From: Callorhinchus milii | Taxonomy: Eukaryota | Direction of reading: 5' to 3' | NCBI RefSeq assembly: GCF_018977255.1 | Contig: NW_024704743.1 | Span: 83,454,001 to 83,518,000, forward strand | DNA length: 64,000 bases | In this document: positions 61,678 through 64,000 of the stretch, one piece after another | How the letters are laid out: each line of letters starts with the position of its first letter | Numbering within the stretch: position 1 is the first letter of the stretch | The notes under the pieces: generated by a model | Seen by the model: only the letters and a program-made list of their open reading frames with translations | Told to the model about the DNA's origin: nothing | Database searches by the model: none | Position numbers and translations under genes: made by a program

Positions 61678-64000
61678 TTTATGAAGATTTTACTCTTGAA
61701 TGGGGTACAGAATTCCAATGTTCCAAACACTCTATGTGCTGTAAGCAATAGATTGCATCATATTGTATAAATGAAATCTGTTATGATAATGTTGTATTAA
61801 TCAAATCTTCTGTGATCATGTTTTGAAGGTCATTCAGCATCTGAAAACGAATGACAAGTTAACATTTTAGCGTTATGTTGCCTTTTTCTTTCAGCTGCTG
61901 ATTGACCTGTTGTGCATTTGTTTTTTTTTGTCCCAGTCTCCAGCATTCAGATTCCCTTTTCATCTCTGCTGAGGAGAAATGAGTGTCAGAAAGACTAGCT
62001 CCATGAAACCATCTTTGTTAAAAAAAACTTTTGTCCTTATCACTAATTGAGCAACAATAGTGATGTGCTTAGCGTGACCCTTTGCAGTCAGTAGCTGAAG
62101 TGCTACTTAGGCAATTCATTCAAAACCAACTGCAGACAAAAATCAGCTAACTTGGGAACACCAGCTGTACTTTGAAGAAATCTCAACTAGCATTGCTCAC
62201 AAAACATGCTCATCTTTGATTACAACACTACATATAGATTAGTACATAAAGTAAAATAACAATCATAGGAGTCAGATTGCATCACAGAACAAGAGATTAA
62301 AGCTGCAGCCATTAATAAATATTATAGTTCAATGTGTCTGTGGATGCTGGATGAGAACGGGTTTGAGCCTTAATGTAATACCCTGAACAGTTGAAAAGCC
62401 TCCCAACACTCACTCTCTAGGTGCACATAAAGATAAGCCACTTGGTTGAGGTATAATAACAATTCTTGCATTTGATATAACGCCTTATCACATCTTCGAG
62501 ACGTCTCAAAGCGCTTCACAAAATATATTTTGTTGGCGAAACGTGGCAGCCAATTTATATGGAGGGTTCCTGGCACCAGTAAGGAAAAGGGGAGAATAAT
62601 GGTTAAAGAAAACAAATGCACGTGCTTCCTGTGAGGATAGGTACAAAATAGCTGCTGAGCTGCCAGTATTAATGTTGCCTTTCTGAAGCTGAGAAGGACA
62701 CTTTGTTGAAAAACACTGACGTTCCTTTGATAAAGCACGAGCCGGGTTAATTTTTGGTCATATTTCAGAAAGGATATGAATATCAAACTGAGCTCGGGTA
62801 CATTTCTTTCCCGAACATGTGTTTATAAAGAATGCAGCACACATATTCATACTGAAACCATTTTGTATCCTTGTGCAGTCATGCATGCAAATGCTTTGAA
62901 TATGGAAATGTGGTAACTTTATTTTCGTAAATAAGGTCTCGGGTTAAAAGAAAGGAAATACCTGTCACAGTTGTTCTTCACTTTGCAAATTTTATGGTTT
63001 CTTAAACGGCCAGCTTCAATTTCACAGCAGTTCAAAGAGATGATTTGCACCACAGTCAGGTACATCAACATGCAAACTGTACATAAGCCATTATGTTATG
63101 GAATCTACCTTCATAGTATGCCCATTCAACAACATATTATTATTATTATTATATTATTACTAGTCTCTGAATATAAAATGGATCTGTCATTGTAGGTAAT
63201 CTTGGTTTATGGGACTAAAAGAGTTTATGATTGTGGTTGTAATGAACCACAGTGTATTTCTATTTTCGTGGAATCGAGGGCCGAGAACAAATAAAGGGGG
63301 ACAAATGGAGTACGTGATATGAGAATTAACACAAGAACAGAATATGCGGTCACATTCTGCCATTAATAATAATAATGATAATAATAATAATCCTTGCATT
63401 TAATAATCTGTTTCTCAACAACCGGATTGACATCATTACCCCTCACCTGTCCTGCAGCACCCCTCCGCACCTCTCCCCCCAGTCCGGAGAACGGATTCTC
63501 CCTCAGTCTTCTCAGAACTTAAATCAGTTCCAACCTTAACTTAGCAAGGTTTGAATCTTAGCCATTATAATTTATAGCTTCAGTTTTCTATGTTGGAAAG
63601 TATTTTTAGACCACCATCTAACAAAGAAACGAGTCTCATTTAAGATTTTTCAGACCTGACTTTGTTGCAAACCACATTTCCCCTCTCCTCCTCCAAATGG
63701 TGCTCAGCACTTCTGTACTATCAAGATGACTTTTGGCCAGTGCTCCAATCACTAACTGGAAAATATGTGTAGACAATGGGTAAGAAGAGGGCTAAACCGA
63801 GATGTGATGCTTCCCATGGTCAGATGGGTAAGGGAAAGTAAATTGAATAAAGAAAATTACTGAAGAGATTTCAGTTGGCATGACAGGTTTCCGAATGCTG
63901 CATGAATTCGGTTCAGATAATGAGACATAGGGGCTGTGGGAGATTGCCAAAGTAAATAACAATATTCATATCCATCCTTGAATTTGATACAGCCCATATT

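Noticed and set aside
3180..63400. Recurring GCGCTATATCAAATGCAAGGATTATTATT motif as a CRISPR-like or regulatory array
   Set aside because: Irregularly spaced, on both strands and variably decayed: these are 5'-truncated SINE/L2 tails (dozens of fragments, not listed individually).

Overview
Vertebrate (eukaryotic) genomic DNA, AT-rich, mostly intronic or intergenic. The repeat complement (abundant L2 and CR1 LINE fragments, Deu-domain SINEs, a shark HER1/HE1-type CR1 tail, and a young tRNA-Ala-headed SINE carrying an L2-type tail) suggests a cartilaginous fish, possibly a holocephalan; this is inference. I found no intact protein-coding gene: the longer ORFs are decayed LINE ORF2 pieces, SINE read-throughs or simple-repeat translations. 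The main non-repeat signal is a promoter-like cluster at about 51.7-53.8 kb (CCAAT/GC boxes, CA/CT/TG microsatellites, a GGGGCT-type G-rich minisatellite) with two minus-strand GTAAGT donors. Several small minus-strand exon candidates follow towards lower coordinates. This fits the 5' end (mostly UTR exons plus long introns) of an unidentified minus-strand gene running off the left edge; the exon calls rest on splice-site motifs only. Other points: nested insertions with short TSDs, young near-identical L2 copies, a two-form mosaic SINE, a MITE, and an unclassified repeat whose second copy overlaps a signal-peptide-like exon candidate. There are no rRNA, true tRNA or CRISPR features. Four single N bases indicate a draft assembly.
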